Assembly (NCBI GenBank): GCA_037439545.1
Contig: JBBIVV010000014.1
Span: forward strand, 1 to 58,725
Origin: a bacterium
GTDB lineage: Bacteria; JAMCPX01
Reading direction: 5' to 3'
DNA length: 58,725 nucleotides
In this document: piece by piece, positions 8,493-18,486 of the stretch
How the letters are laid out: each line of letters opens with the position of its first letter
How positions within the stretch are numbered: the stretch's first letter is position 1
Program-made: the position numbers and the translations under genes
Notes under the pieces: model-generated
Told to the model about the DNA's origin: nothing
What the model saw: only the letters and a program-made list of their open reading frames with translations
Databases searched by the model: none

Positions 8493-9416
8493 ATGCGGAG
8501 GTTTGTTTTTATAAGAACTCTTTTGGCTGTCCCGACGATACTCGGCGTCGTGACGCTGGTATTCTTTTTCATACACCTGGTACCTGGCGACCCTGTCGTG
8601 CTCATGCTCGGCGATTATGCAACGGCCCGGGAGGTGCAGACCATGCGACGGCAGTTGAATCTGGACAAACCTTTATTAAGACAATACGGAGTTTATGCCG
8701 ATAATCTTGTTCACGGCAATCTCGGGACCTCTGTCTATTATAAAAAACCCGCAGCAGGTCTTGTCATGGAAAGGTTCAGGTATACCCTTGTCCTCGCCGT
8801 ATTCGCCCTTCTGCTTTCCTTGCTGATCTCCCTGCCGCTCGGCATTGCAGCTGCCTATAAACAGGACTCATGGTTTGACAGGCTTATTTCAGGCACGTCG
8901 ATACTCGGACTGTCGCTCCCGAATTTCCTGATTGGCATAATCCTGATCATGATATTCTCGGTAAAGTTGAATGTTCTGCCTGTTGCAGGTGCGGGGTCCG
9001 TATGGTCCATAATACTTCCCGGGCTCACCCTTGCCATCGGCATGAGTGCAATCACCATACGGATGATACGGGCAAACATGATAACGGCAATAAAGCACGA
9101 AAGCTTTACCATGAACATTGCCAAGGGCATCGGCACAAGCAGAGTGTTGTTCGTCCATGCATTAAAGGCGGCACTTATACCTGTTATAACACTTCTCGGA
9201 ATGCAGTTCGGTTTGCTGCTCTCGGGTGCAATTGTTACTGAGACGGTGTTTTCATGGCCCGGTATAGGAAGATTGCTCGTTGAAAGCGTCATGACCAGGG
9301 ACTATCCGCTCTTAAGTGCGGCGGTCCTTGTTATCGCTTCGGTGTATGTGTTCATCAACCTTGCCACGGATGTCATCTATTACTTCGTTGAACCGAGGAT
9401 GAGGAAGCAGCAATGA
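8493..9416 (+). CDS. ABC peptide/nickel transporter permease (DppB/OppB family)
   Basis: PGDPV, LNLDKPLLRQY, GNLGTS, AKG EAA-loop region, ETVFSWPGIGRL, RDYP, EPRMR. Confidence 0.93.
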   Translation: MRRFVFIRTLLAVPTILGVVTLVFFFIHLVPGDPVVLMLGDYATAREVQTMRRQLNLDKPLLRQYGVYADNLVHGNLGTSVYYKKPAAGLVMERFRYTLVLAVFALLLSLLISLPLGIAAAYKQDSWFDRLISGTSILGLSLPNFLIGIILIMIFSVKLNVLPVAGAGSVWSIILPGLTLAIGMSAITIRMIRANMITAIKHESFTMNIAKGIGTSRVLFVHALKAALIPVITLLGMQFGLLLSGAIVTETVFSWPGIGRLLVESVMTRDYPLLSAAVLVIASVYVFINLATDVIYYFVEPRMRKQQ

Positions 9417-10198
9417 GCCGTATCAGTGCAAGCTTAATCATACTGCTGTTCCTGCTGTTTGCAGGCCTGGCATCACCGGTCATAAGTCCTCATAATCCGC
9501 ATGAGCAGGTGCTATCATTGGCATTCGAAAGTCCGACAATCTCATCTCCCATGGGAAGGGATGCGCTCGGAAGGGACATATTCAGCAGGGTCCTGTACGG
9601 TATAAGGACATCGATGTTTATAGGCTTTACGGTTGTTGCATTCTCTGTTTTGACAGGTGTTTTTCTCGGCGGACTGGCGGGCTATACAGGAGGTTATGTG
9701 GATATGGTGTTCTCCCGGATCATCGACATTCTGATGGCATTCCCCGGTTTGCTCTTATCGATAGGCATTGCAGGTGTGATGGGGCCGAGTACCATGAACA
9801 TTATCTTAGCACTGAGTGTGTCGGGCTGGGTTGGCTATGCACGGTATACGAGGGCAATGGTCATGTCCATAAGACAGAGGGACTATATACTTTCGGCAAA
9901 GGCAATGGGAAAAAACAGGCTCGTAATCATATTCTCGGACATACTTCCGAATATCGCGGAACCCCTGCTTGTGGAGGCAAGCCTGGGCATCGGCATGGTG
10001 ATTATCTCTGAGGCAAGCTTGTCTTTCCTCGGACTGTCAAGCCCGGGTATGCCGAGTCTCGGCAGGATGCTTTATGAAGCCATTTCTGTTGTAAATGTAT
10101 CACCGTGGATGACCCTGTTCCCGGGACTTACATTGACTATAATTGTTTTATTGTTTAATGGTATAGGGGAGAGGTTAAGAAAAAGATACGAAAGGTAA
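9413..10198 (+). CDS. ABC peptide/nickel transporter permease (DppC/OppC family)
   Basis: GRDALGRDIFSRVLYG, YILSAKAMG, ILPN, EASLSFLGL; ATGA overlap with upstream permease. Confidence 0.93.
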   Translation: MSRISASLIILLFLLFAGLASPVISPHNPHEQVLSLAFESPTISSPMGRDALGRDIFSRVLYGIRTSMFIGFTVVAFSVLTGVFLGGLAGYTGGYVDMVFSRIIDILMAFPGLLLSIGIAGVMGPSTMNIILALSVSGWVGYARYTRAMVMSIRQRDYILSAKAMGKNRLVIIFSDILPNIAEPLLVEASLGIGMVIISEASLSFLGLSSPGMPSLGRMLYEAISVVNVSPWMTLFPGLTLTIIVLLFNGIGERLRKRYER

Positions 10199-10204
10199 AA
10201 TATT

Positions 10205-11281
10205 ATGAAGACGGGCAGATTATTGATGATAGGATTTGACGGCACTGAATTGCCGGAAGGGTTCAAACCGCTGATAAAAAAGTACGGCATGGGCGGTTTT
10301 GTCCTTTTTGAAAGAAACATAAAAACCACGGAGCAGATACTCGCGTTAAACAAACAGCTTCATCAGGCCGATGAAGATTTCATACCTATCATAGCCGTTG
10401 ATCACGAGGGCGGCAGGGTGCAGAGACTGAAACATCCATTTACCCGCCTGCCCTCAGCGAGGAAGATCGGAGACTTATATCAAAAGCATGAGAATATAGA
10501 CTTTATCTATGCATACGGCGGTTTCATTGCAGAAGAGTTGTCAATGGCTGGATTTAATATGGCGCTTGCCCCGGTGCTTGATCTGCCTGATAAAGAAGGA
10601 GGCGTGATAGGGGACAGGGCTTTCTCGGATATCCCGCTCGTTATAGAGGAGATCGGAGTGAGCATGATCGCCGGAATGCAGGACAATGGTATCATTGCAT
10701 GTGCAAAGCATTTCCCGGGTCATACGGACACAAAAATTGATCCGCATAAAGGTCTGCCTATTGCCCATATCACATCGGAGGAGCTCATACATCACATGAC
10801 TCCGTTTATCCATGCGATCAAGAACAGGGTTGGGAGTGTTATGGTTTCTCACACCGTTTTCAAGGGCCTGGAGAATGTTCCGGCATCCATGTCTCAACGC
10901 GTTATGGATGTTCTGCTGAAAAAGGATACAGGGTTTGAGGGCATAGTGATCACCGATGATGTTAAGATGGCTGCTATAGCCCAGACCATTACGGCATCGC
11001 AGGCGGTTCTAAGCTCACTGCATGCAGGTGCTGATATGGTCATGATAAGCAAGGTCACACCGGATGAACTGGAAGATCTGCTGAAAGATATGGAGACTGC
11101 TCTGGCAGAAGGGACCCTGGATAAAGGACATCTTGAATCATCGCTGGTAAGGACGGACATCATAAAAGGCGAAATAGGGATCAAAAATCATCCGGTACAT
11201 ACTGCCTTGGATGTATTAAACATGCTCAGCGATGAAAAGCACAAATCATTTATAAAAAGGTTAAAAAGAGAGGGAATATAA
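10205..11281 (+). CDS. nagZ: Beta-N-acetylhexosaminidase (GH3)
   Basis: AVDHEGGRVQR, APVLD, IGDRAFS, KHFPGH..DPH, ITDD nucleophile region. Confidence 0.85.
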   Translation: MKTGRLLMIGFDGTELPEGFKPLIKKYGMGGFVLFERNIKTTEQILALNKQLHQADEDFIPIIAVDHEGGRVQRLKHPFTRLPSARKIGDLYQKHENIDFIYAYGGFIAEELSMAGFNMALAPVLDLPDKEGGVIGDRAFSDIPLVIEEIGVSMIAGMQDNGIIACAKHFPGHTDTKIDPHKGLPIAHITSEELIHHMTPFIHAIKNRVGSVMVSHTVFKGLENVPASMSQRVMDVLLKKDTGFEGIVITDDVKMAAIAQTITASQAVLSSLHAGADMVMISKVTPDELEDLLKDMETALAEGTLDKGHLESSLVRTDIIKGEIGIKNHPVHTALDVLNMLSDEKHKSFIKRLKREGI

Positions 11282-12463
11282 ATGAGGGGGCCGAAGATTT
11301 ATTTAAGCTGTCTGGCGATGATGTGTGCATTGCTGCCGGAATTATTGTTTGCCCAGCACACCGCGGATTCGAAACAGGTGACTGTAACGGCACAGGGGTG
11401 CGCCCCTGTTTCACAGGGTACGATACAGGCCAAGCAGGTTGCACTGATGCTGGCAAAAAGACAGGCGGTCGAAAAGGCGGCAGGCATGTCCATGGATGTT
11501 TCGAATACACCGGCTAAAAGGACCATTATGGAAAGAGCAATGGCAGGTATGAGTTACTCGACGGTATCGGAGCAGACATCGAAAGGCATGTACACAATCG
11601 TTATTCAGGCTGTTGTCGATGTTCCTGCAGCAGAACCTGCACGGACAACGGGTCTGTCCGTTTCATCGTCTGCTTCCGGAGATTTGATAGAGAAAAATCC
11701 TGACGGTGAGATAAACTGGACAAACGGCACTATAATAGCTTATGGCAAAGCAGTAATAACCAGGGGACTCGATAAGGACATTTGCAATTCAATGGCAAGA
11801 AGGGCTGCAATACTCGATGCGCACGCAAGGGTGCTCGAGATGATCCAAAGGATAAACCTTGACGGAGATTCGACTGTCCACGGTTTTGTATCGAAGAACT
11901 CCAGATTATTTTACAGACTGAAAGGTCTTCTTGCAAGGGTGGAACCGTTTGAAGAGAATGCGGACAACGGCTTTTACAACGTGAAGATAGAGGTCCCGTT
12001 TTACGGCGTCAGGGGGGTGCAGACAGTATTTCTCAATGCATATGTAAAGTCAGGCATCCGGAAAGCACAGGAACAGACATCCGGCGTTCGTGTGGTCATT
12101 AACGCACAAGGTACGGGGCTAAAGCCTGCCCTATTTGTAAATATAAAGGACGAGTCGGGCAAGACCGTTTATACGGCAAAGGATGTGGGTACGGCAGTAC
12201 TGAAGAACAAAGGCATGGCACACTATGTAACGTCAGCGACACTCGGTCACGATGATGTGCAGTTAAATGCGGTGGCTGCTTCCGGCACGCAGAAAGGCAA
12301 CATCGTCATATCCTCGCCGGATGCGGAAAAGCTGAAACAGAATGACAAAAACGGCAGTGCGCTCTCGAACGGCAACGTCGTCATTATTACCGACTCTCCC
12401 GTGGGCGGGACAGAGGGTATGATCGATCTTTTGCATGCATCGAGGTATGCACAGGCAAGATAA
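11282..12463 (+). CDS. Exported protein with FlgT-N-like and LPP20-like domains
   Basis: Signal-peptide-like N-terminus; AKQVALMLAKRQAVEKAAG; INWTNGTIIAYG, ARRAAILDA; VVINAQGTGLKPAL. Confidence 0.6.
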   Translation: MRGPKIYLSCLAMMCALLPELLFAQHTADSKQVTVTAQGCAPVSQGTIQAKQVALMLAKRQAVEKAAGMSMDVSNTPAKRTIMERAMAGMSYSTVSEQTSKGMYTIVIQAVVDVPAAEPARTTGLSVSSSASGDLIEKNPDGEINWTNGTIIAYGKAVITRGLDKDICNSMARRAAILDAHARVLEMIQRINLDGDSTVHGFVSKNSRLFYRLKGLLARVEPFEENADNGFYNVKIEVPFYGVRGVQTVFLNAYVKSGIRKAQEQTSGVRVVINAQGTGLKPALFVNIKDESGKTVYTAKDVGTAVLKNKGMAHYVTSATLGHDDVQLNAVAASGTQKGNIVISSPDAEKLKQNDKNGSALSNGNVVIITDSPVGGTEGMIDLLHASRYAQAR

Positions 12464-14473
12464 GTGAAAATTTCTATCTCATCCTTTCACAAATTCAGCA
12501 TCCCGCTCTTTGCCGCGTGTATCTTTATCGTTGCTTTCATCATGGGTTCCCGCGGTTATCTCTCTCCCGTTGATCACGCAGTGTATGATACTTTTATGAA
12601 CATACGGCAAAAACAAATCAATGCACCTCCGGCGAATGACGTTCTCCTCGTCACGATCGACCAGGCATCGGAAGAGCACCTCGATATGCGCATATCCAAT
12701 TTTACGCGATCCATGCTCGCAAAAGCAATCGACAACTTGAGCGCCGCAGGAGCGGACACCATAGGTGTCGACCTTGATCTATCGAAGAGAACAGATCCTG
12801 CCGATGATACTGCGTTTGCTTCAGCCGTTAAAAACAGCGGGAAGGTTGTACTCGCGAGCTATGTGGCAGGCGGCAGGCTCGTACAGCCGCTCGATAATTT
12901 TCTTTCAGGAGCACGGGGAGAAGGTTTGATCAACCTTAAAATAGACAGAGACGGCGTATTGAGGAGCACGTATGTAGTTTTTAATACGGACAAAGGCTTT
13001 TATCTGGGGCTGCCTCTCTTAATGGCCTCACAATACAAAAATAACGACGCACCGAAGGTCCGGGTGCAGAATAACATCGTTTCAATAAATAATGTCCCCA
13101 TACCTGTTCGCCGCGGCGTGATGCTCATTAATTATGCTTACGCACCCGATGTCCGGATTCGGTCCATACCGTATTACAAGGTGCTTGACGGCTCCTACAA
13201 TCATGAAGATGTAAAAGGAAAGATCGTACTTATAGGCAACACATCGCCGCTCTATCACGATTATTACAGCATACCGCTCAAGGACGGGTCAGGAAAGAAA
13301 ACGCTTTACGGTGTGGAGGTATACGCATCTGTAATCAATACGGTACTGGGCAAGGCATTCATTACCTATACTTTCGGCAGCCTTGTCGTGCTGTTCATGG
13401 GCATTGTCACGGTATTTCTGGCACTGCTCATCGGTATCATAAATAAGCCTGTGCCAAAGGTCGGGTCTGTAATTGCCATGATTGCATCGGCAGCGGTGGG
13501 TCAGTGGATGCTGTTTGTCCACGGGTTCTTCATGCCCGGCTCTCAGTTTTACCTGTCAATCCCGTTGATTGCCTTCTATTCGATCGCCTATGATTATATG
13601 ACCGAATACAGGGCGCACCGGTATGTATCAAAGGCATTCGAGCATTATGTTTCAAAAGAACTCCTCGATGAGATAAGGAGCAATCCCGAAAGCCTGAAGC
13701 TCGGGGGCGAAAAAAAAGAGATAACCGTTCTGTTCTCGGATATAAGGGATTTTACTTCCATTTCAGAGGGTGTTTCTCCTGAACGGCTCGTTGAATTCCT
13801 GCATGTTTTTTTTAACACAATGACCGGGGTCATCTACACACACCATGGCGTGGTGGACAAGTTTATCGGAGACGCCATCATGGCACTATTCGGCGCGCCT
13901 ATTTCAGACGTGCAGCATGCGATAAATGCCGTGTCGGCAGCTTCAGGCATGATCGACGCTATGGGTGATTTGAAGAAACGGGCAAAAGACATACTCGGCA
14001 GGGAAATCAACATAGGTATCGGCATACATACCGGCGAGGCGATTGTCGGCAACATGGGTTCTGACAAAAGGTTTGATTACACGGCAATAGGTGATACGGT
14101 AAATCTCGCATCGAGGCTCGAGGGGCTGAATAAGTTCTTCGGGACAACGTGCATCATCAGCGATGAGGTGCGGCAGAAGCTGAATGACCATGTGCCGCTG
14201 AGGCAGCTCGGCAGGGTAAAGGTAAAGGGGAAAACAGAAGGCGTTAAGCTTTATGAGATCATGGCCGGTGCCGATGATGACTTTATAAGGCAGTACAATG
14301 AAATCTGGCAGTATATCTATTCAAATGACCTTAAACAAGCGGGACTTTTGCTTAAAAAACTGCATGAACAAAAATTAGACGACAAAATGGGCACTATATT
14401 ATTGGAACAAATTGATATGGCTGTTTCTTCGGGAAAGCCGTTCGATCCTGTGATAGAGATGAAAGAAAAATAA
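12464..14473 (+). CDS. CHASE2-domain class III adenylate cyclase
   Basis: N-terminal TM, CHASE2 (LVTIDQAS, DRDGVLR, KGKIVLIG, GVEVYA), 3 TMs, LFSDIRDFT, DKFIGDAIM, DYTAIGDTVNLASRLEG. Confidence 0.93.
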   Translation: MKISISSFHKFSIPLFAACIFIVAFIMGSRGYLSPVDHAVYDTFMNIRQKQINAPPANDVLLVTIDQASEEHLDMRISNFTRSMLAKAIDNLSAAGADTIGVDLDLSKRTDPADDTAFASAVKNSGKVVLASYVAGGRLVQPLDNFLSGARGEGLINLKIDRDGVLRSTYVVFNTDKGFYLGLPLLMASQYKNNDAPKVRVQNNIVSINNVPIPVRRGVMLINYAYAPDVRIRSIPYYKVLDGSYNHEDVKGKIVLIGNTSPLYHDYYSIPLKDGSGKKTLYGVEVYASVINTVLGKAFITYTFGSLVVLFMGIVTVFLALLIGIINKPVPKVGSVIAMIASAAVGQWMLFVHGFFMPGSQFYLSIPLIAFYSIAYDYMTEYRAHRYVSKAFEHYVSKELLDEIRSNPESLKLGGEKKEITVLFSDIRDFTSISEGVSPERLVEFLHVFFNTMTGVIYTHHGVVDKFIGDAIMALFGAPISDVQHAINAVSAASGMIDAMGDLKKRAKDILGREINIGIGIHTGEAIVGNMGSDKRFDYTAIGDTVNLASRLEGLNKFFGTTCIISDEVRQKLNDHVPLRQLGRVKVKGKTEGVKLYEIMAGADDDFIRQYNEIWQYIYSNDLKQAGLLLKKLHEQKLDDKMGTILLEQIDMAVSSGKPFDPVIEMKEK

Positions 14474-14485
14474 GAGGAGATTTAT

Positions 14486-16528
14486 ATGAAAAGAATTCTA
14501 AAATTACTGCTCAAAATTATTCTCATCGCATACCTGATTGTTCTTGCGTGGTTTATCTGGCCTGAATACGGGCATAAGCTCCTCTACAGATTTACGATTT
14601 CACCGCAAAAAACACTCAGAGACGAAATTGTAGTGCATAAGAACAAGCTTTTTGCAGGCATAGACAAGCACGGAACTATGAACTACATTTCCACCGGTGC
14701 ATGGATAAATACCCTGTCGGGCATAACCGCACCTTACATTTCCTTAAAAAACCCGATGGCAGAAAAAAAGCCTGCAGGGGAGCGCATCGTTTACAAGCAG
14801 GTTCGGACATACGGATCAGGCAATAATATAACAGCCGTGAGCTTTTCAGGGTATGCAAAGGCCCATCCCTATATACAGGTCAGCACGACCTACAGCGTAT
14901 TTGATCCGGACACAGTCCTGATACAATCCGGCATCCGTTCAACGAAGAAAAATGTAACCGTATGGGTTGGGGACAGGCTGCAGACAAACACACGGGGTAT
15001 ATTATTTTATGTCCCGGGTATAGGTGATATCGGCACAGGAGCGAGGGACGGCATATCGCCGCAAAAGCCTTACATGGCACTGCTTGCCAGATCGAATCAG
15101 GTCATAGGATTTTATTATATCGACAACAATGTGCCTCCTTATCTTATTTATCAATGGAACTGGATAGCAAGCGTGTTTCCGGTGAGATTATCCGTTCATC
15201 AGGGTGAAACGGAATTTCATTTGAACAGGGTGATATCCGTCCGGTCGACGACGGGTCTCGATTACAGGAAGGTCGGAGACAGCATGTATAAGAGTTTCCT
15301 CTCTGCCCGAAGCGGTATCAAAATAACAGCATCATCCTATAACATCGTCTCTGACCGGAACGCACCCATGAGGTACAGGGTTTTTATAACCAATGAAGGG
15401 CACACGCGGAAGCGTATTACCTCTGTCGTTTTGTTTGCACCGTCGAACATAAGTGCGAGCAGATCGTACACATCGATATCGGATACCATCCTTGCAGGGA
15501 GGACATCGGAGTTTTCATTCCGGATAAAACCCGTACAGGGTGGTGATTACTACATGTATCCCGCTGTCATTGCCGGCGGCACCTACATAGAAGGTCCATG
15601 GACGCATATTTTCTCGAACGCCGCGGGCTGGTATACGGCGGACATGCACAATCACTCTGTGTATAGCTTTAACCCCGAGGATTATCCTGTAAAGGACATG
15701 ACAGAGGCTGCACAGGCAAAAGGGCTGGATATACTGAGTCTGACGGACTACAATACACTTTCTCAGGCAAGTGCGTGCCGGTCATTATCGACAGCAGAGT
15801 TCCTGTGCATACCCGGCGAAGAGATAGCAAACCCCCTCTGGGGGCATGCAAATGCGCAGTTCATACACGAAAAGGTATATGAATTTTTATCGCCCCAGCA
15901 CTGGATAAACGAGGTCCACAGGCAGGGAGGGATGTTTTTTATAAATCACCCGTATCTTGAAATGCGTGAATGGAGGGACTTTAATTTCAAAGGCTATGAC
16001 GGAATAGAGATTCTGAACGGCAACAAGATCCCCATGGACCCGGTCAATGTGAAGGCATTTGACAAATGGGACGAACTGAACAGGAAGGGCTTGCACCTTT
16101 ACGGCATAGCTGATTCCGATGCGCATACGCCATATGCAGTCGGCACCTACAGAAATTATGTGTACGCAGCATCTTTCACGGTATCTGCAATAGAGCAGGG
16201 ATTCAAAAAAGGAATGTCCTATGTATCAAACGGCCCAATGCTTTCGTTCAAGATCGACGACAACCCGATAGGCTCTACAATCACCGTCGGCAAAGGCAGG
16301 ACAATTCATATACACACAGCTTATCTGCCCTATGCACAGTCGCCTGAGAATGCATCCGATCTCCAGAAAATACTACTTTTTAAAGATGGCTACATACTGA
16401 AAACGTCCGATGACCCTGTCATGGATTATGATGACGTGCCTGATGGATCATGTTTCTACAGAATAGAGGTCTTTACAAACAACGGCGGCTTTGCAGCTTC
16501 AAATCCAATCTGGGTACAGGTGAAATAA
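14486..16528 (+). CDS. Membrane-anchored PHP-superfamily metallohydrolase (CehA/McbA-like C-terminal domain)
   Basis: N-terminal TM; WYTADMHNHS, IPGEEI, GHAN, INHPY, GIEILNG, DSDAH, SNPIWV. Confidence 0.8.
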   Translation: MKRILKLLLKIILIAYLIVLAWFIWPEYGHKLLYRFTISPQKTLRDEIVVHKNKLFAGIDKHGTMNYISTGAWINTLSGITAPYISLKNPMAEKKPAGERIVYKQVRTYGSGNNITAVSFSGYAKAHPYIQVSTTYSVFDPDTVLIQSGIRSTKKNVTVWVGDRLQTNTRGILFYVPGIGDIGTGARDGISPQKPYMALLARSNQVIGFYYIDNNVPPYLIYQWNWIASVFPVRLSVHQGETEFHLNRVISVRSTTGLDYRKVGDSMYKSFLSARSGIKITASSYNIVSDRNAPMRYRVFITNEGHTRKRITSVVLFAPSNISASRSYTSISDTILAGRTSEFSFRIKPVQGGDYYMYPAVIAGGTYIEGPWTHIFSNAAGWYTADMHNHSVYSFNPEDYPVKDMTEAAQAKGLDILSLTDYNTLSQASACRSLSTAEFLCIPGEEIANPLWGHANAQFIHEKVYEFLSPQHWINEVHRQGGMFFINHPYLEMREWRDFNFKGYDGIEILNGNKIPMDPVNVKAFDKWDELNRKGLHLYGIADSDAHTPYAVGTYRNYVYAASFTVSAIEQGFKKGMSYVSNGPMLSFKIDDNPIGSTITVGKGRTIHIHTAYLPYAQSPENASDLQKILLFKDGYILKTSDDPVMDYDDVPDGSCFYRIEVFTNNGGFAASNPIWVQVK

Positions 16529-16548
16529 CCGGCTGTAGAGCCATGGAT

Positions 16549-16577
16549 TTGACAATAGTCCGCTTCACTATTACTGT
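16549..16577 (+). promoter_or_regulatory. Putative sigma70 promoter of the miaB operon
   Basis: TTGACA (16549-16554), 17 nt, TACTGT (16572-16577); ATG 9 nt after the -10, no SD. Confidence 0.5.
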
Positions 16578-16586
16578 TTTTTAGAT

Positions 16587-17981
16587 ATGAAAAAGGTTTA
16601 TATTGAAACGTATGGCTGTCAGATGAACGGGCATGATTCAGAACGTATGCTCTCGATCCTCACGGGCAGCGGGTATACACCCACGGAAAATCCAAAGGAC
16701 GCAGAGGTCATCATCGTCAATACCTGCAGTGTGCGCGGCAAAGCGGAACAAAAGGCCTACTCAAGTGTCGGGAGATACGTTGAACTCAAGAAACTGTATT
16801 CCCGGTTCAATGCGTCCCTTCTTTCGCCGCACGGGAATGACAGCCCGAGGAAACAGGATAAGCTTATTGTTTTTAGCGGTTGTGTCGCACAGCAGAACGG
16901 TCGACGACTGCTCGGCAGGTTCAAGGATATCGACTTAATCGTCGGACCTTCTCAGGTCCACAGGATAGATGAACTTATCGATCAGGTTAAATCGCAGGTG
17001 AAAGTACGCACGCCTGTTGTTGCAATAGAATCTGATACGGAACAAAAGCGCTTCAGAAACCCTGTTCAGGACGTCCACGGTGTAAAAGCCTATGTCACCA
17101 TTATGGAGGGCTGCGACAATTTCTGTACCTACTGCACGGTCCCGTATCTCCGGGGCAGGGAGGTCAGCAGGCAGGCAAGGTCCATTATCGATGAGGCGTA
17201 TGCGCTTGCCGGTTCTGGTGTTAAGGAGATTATCCTGCTGGGACAGAATGTAAATTCATACAGGGATGATTCGGAAGGCGGGACTATAACGCTTTATGAA
17301 CTGCTTTCCATGTTGAACGACATAAAAGGTCTCGAACGGATAAGGTTTATCACTTCTCACCCCAAGGACCTGACCGATAAACTTATACGGGCGTTTGTTG
17401 ATTTTGATAAGGTTTGTGAACACATCCATCTTCCTGTCCAGTCAGGCTCCGACAGAATATTGAAGCTCATGGCAAGAGGGTATACGACACGGGACTACAG
17501 GGACAAGATTGAAATGCTGATGAAGGTAAAACCGGACATAGCCGTTACATCGGACTTTATCGTCGGCTTTCCGTCGGAGACAGAGGATGACCATAAAGAC
17601 AGTATTTTGTTTATAAAACATGCAAATTATGATAATATATTTTCGTTCCGTTATTCGGACAGGCCGCTTGCAAAGGCAGGCAGATTCGAGAATAAGATAG
17701 ATGCTCATATTATCGCCGAAAGGCTCATGGCAATACAGTCAGAACAGCTCGGGATAACGAGGCGCATCTACGGATCTCTTGTCGGCACGATACAGCATGT
17801 CCTCGTAGAAGGGAAAAGCAAAAAACCGGACAGGATACAGGGGAGGACGCGCCAGGGCAGGATTGTAAACTTTGAAGGCAGTGCAGGTGCCGGAGCCCTC
17901 GTTGAAGTTATGATTGAAGATTATTCCGATAATGCGCTATATGGAAGATGTATAAAAAAGGAGGAACAGCATGTTCATTGA
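16587..17981 (+). CDS. miaB: tRNA-2-methylthio-N6-dimethylallyladenosine synthase
   Basis: TYGCQMN, NTCSVR, GCVAQ, radical SAM CDNFCTYC, LLGQNVNSY, C-terminal TRAM domain. Confidence 0.96.
   Translation: MKKVYIETYGCQMNGHDSERMLSILTGSGYTPTENPKDAEVIIVNTCSVRGKAEQKAYSSVGRYVELKKLYSRFNASLLSPHGNDSPRKQDKLIVFSGCVAQQNGRRLLGRFKDIDLIVGPSQVHRIDELIDQVKSQVKVRTPVVAIESDTEQKRFRNPVQDVHGVKAYVTIMEGCDNFCTYCTVPYLRGREVSRQARSIIDEAYALAGSGVKEIILLGQNVNSYRDDSEGGTITLYELLSMLNDIKGLERIRFITSHPKDLTDKLIRAFVDFDKVCEHIHLPVQSGSDRILKLMARGYTTRDYRDKIEMLMKVKPDIAVTSDFIVGFPSETEDDHKDSILFIKHANYDNIFSFRYSDRPLAKAGRFENKIDAHIIAERLMAIQSEQLGITRRIYGSLVGTIQHVLVEGKSKKPDRIQGRTRQGRIVNFEGSAGAGALVEVMIEDYSDNALYGRCIKKEEQHVH
16794..16843. repeat. Palindromic REP/RPE-like element inserted in frame in miaB
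   Basis: CTGTATTCCCG...CGGGAATGACAG inverted termini with inner TGCG/CGCA stem; coincides with extra residues LYSRFNASLLSPHGNDS. Confidence 0.6.
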
Positions 17982-18477
17982 AATGAGGGTTGTAGGTATT
18001 ATGATTGACCCGGTCAATTCAACCCCCATAGTAGTTCTGCGCGATAGTGAAAACAAGTATACCCTGCCTATTTGGATCGGAGTTGCCGAGGCGAGTGCCA
18101 TTATGATGGAGCTCGAAAGCGTAAAGGCCCCGAGGCCCAATACCCACGACCTTATAAAGAGTATATTGAATAATATCGAGGTATATCCGACGAAGGTTGA
18201 GATTACGGAATTGAAGGACAATACGTATTACGCCGTCTTGTTCTTAAAGTCAGGTGAAAAGGAATTCATGGTAGATTCGAGGCCATCCGATGCCATAGCA
18301 GTGGCGTTAAAGACCTCGGTGTCGATATTTGTGAGCAAAGGGGTCATCGACAAGTCCATTGAATCGATTATAACGGCAACGGGTATAGCAGATACGGACA
18401 GAGAAGATAAAAAGAAAAAGTATGATGAACTGCTGAAGCAGTTTTCGAATGCTGATTTCGGAAAATATAAGATGTAA
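17971..18477 (+). CDS. Bifunctional nuclease family protein (DUF151)
   Basis: LPIWIGVAEA, RPNTHDL, DSRPSDAIAVAL. Confidence 0.92.
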   Translation: MFIEMRVVGIMIDPVNSTPIVVLRDSENKYTLPIWIGVAEASAIMMELESVKAPRPNTHDLIKSILNNIEVYPTKVEITELKDNTYYAVLFLKSGEKEFMVDSRPSDAIAVALKTSVSIFVSKGVIDKSIESIITATGIADTDREDKKKKYDELLKQFSNADFGKYKM

Positions 18478-18486
18478 TTATCATGA

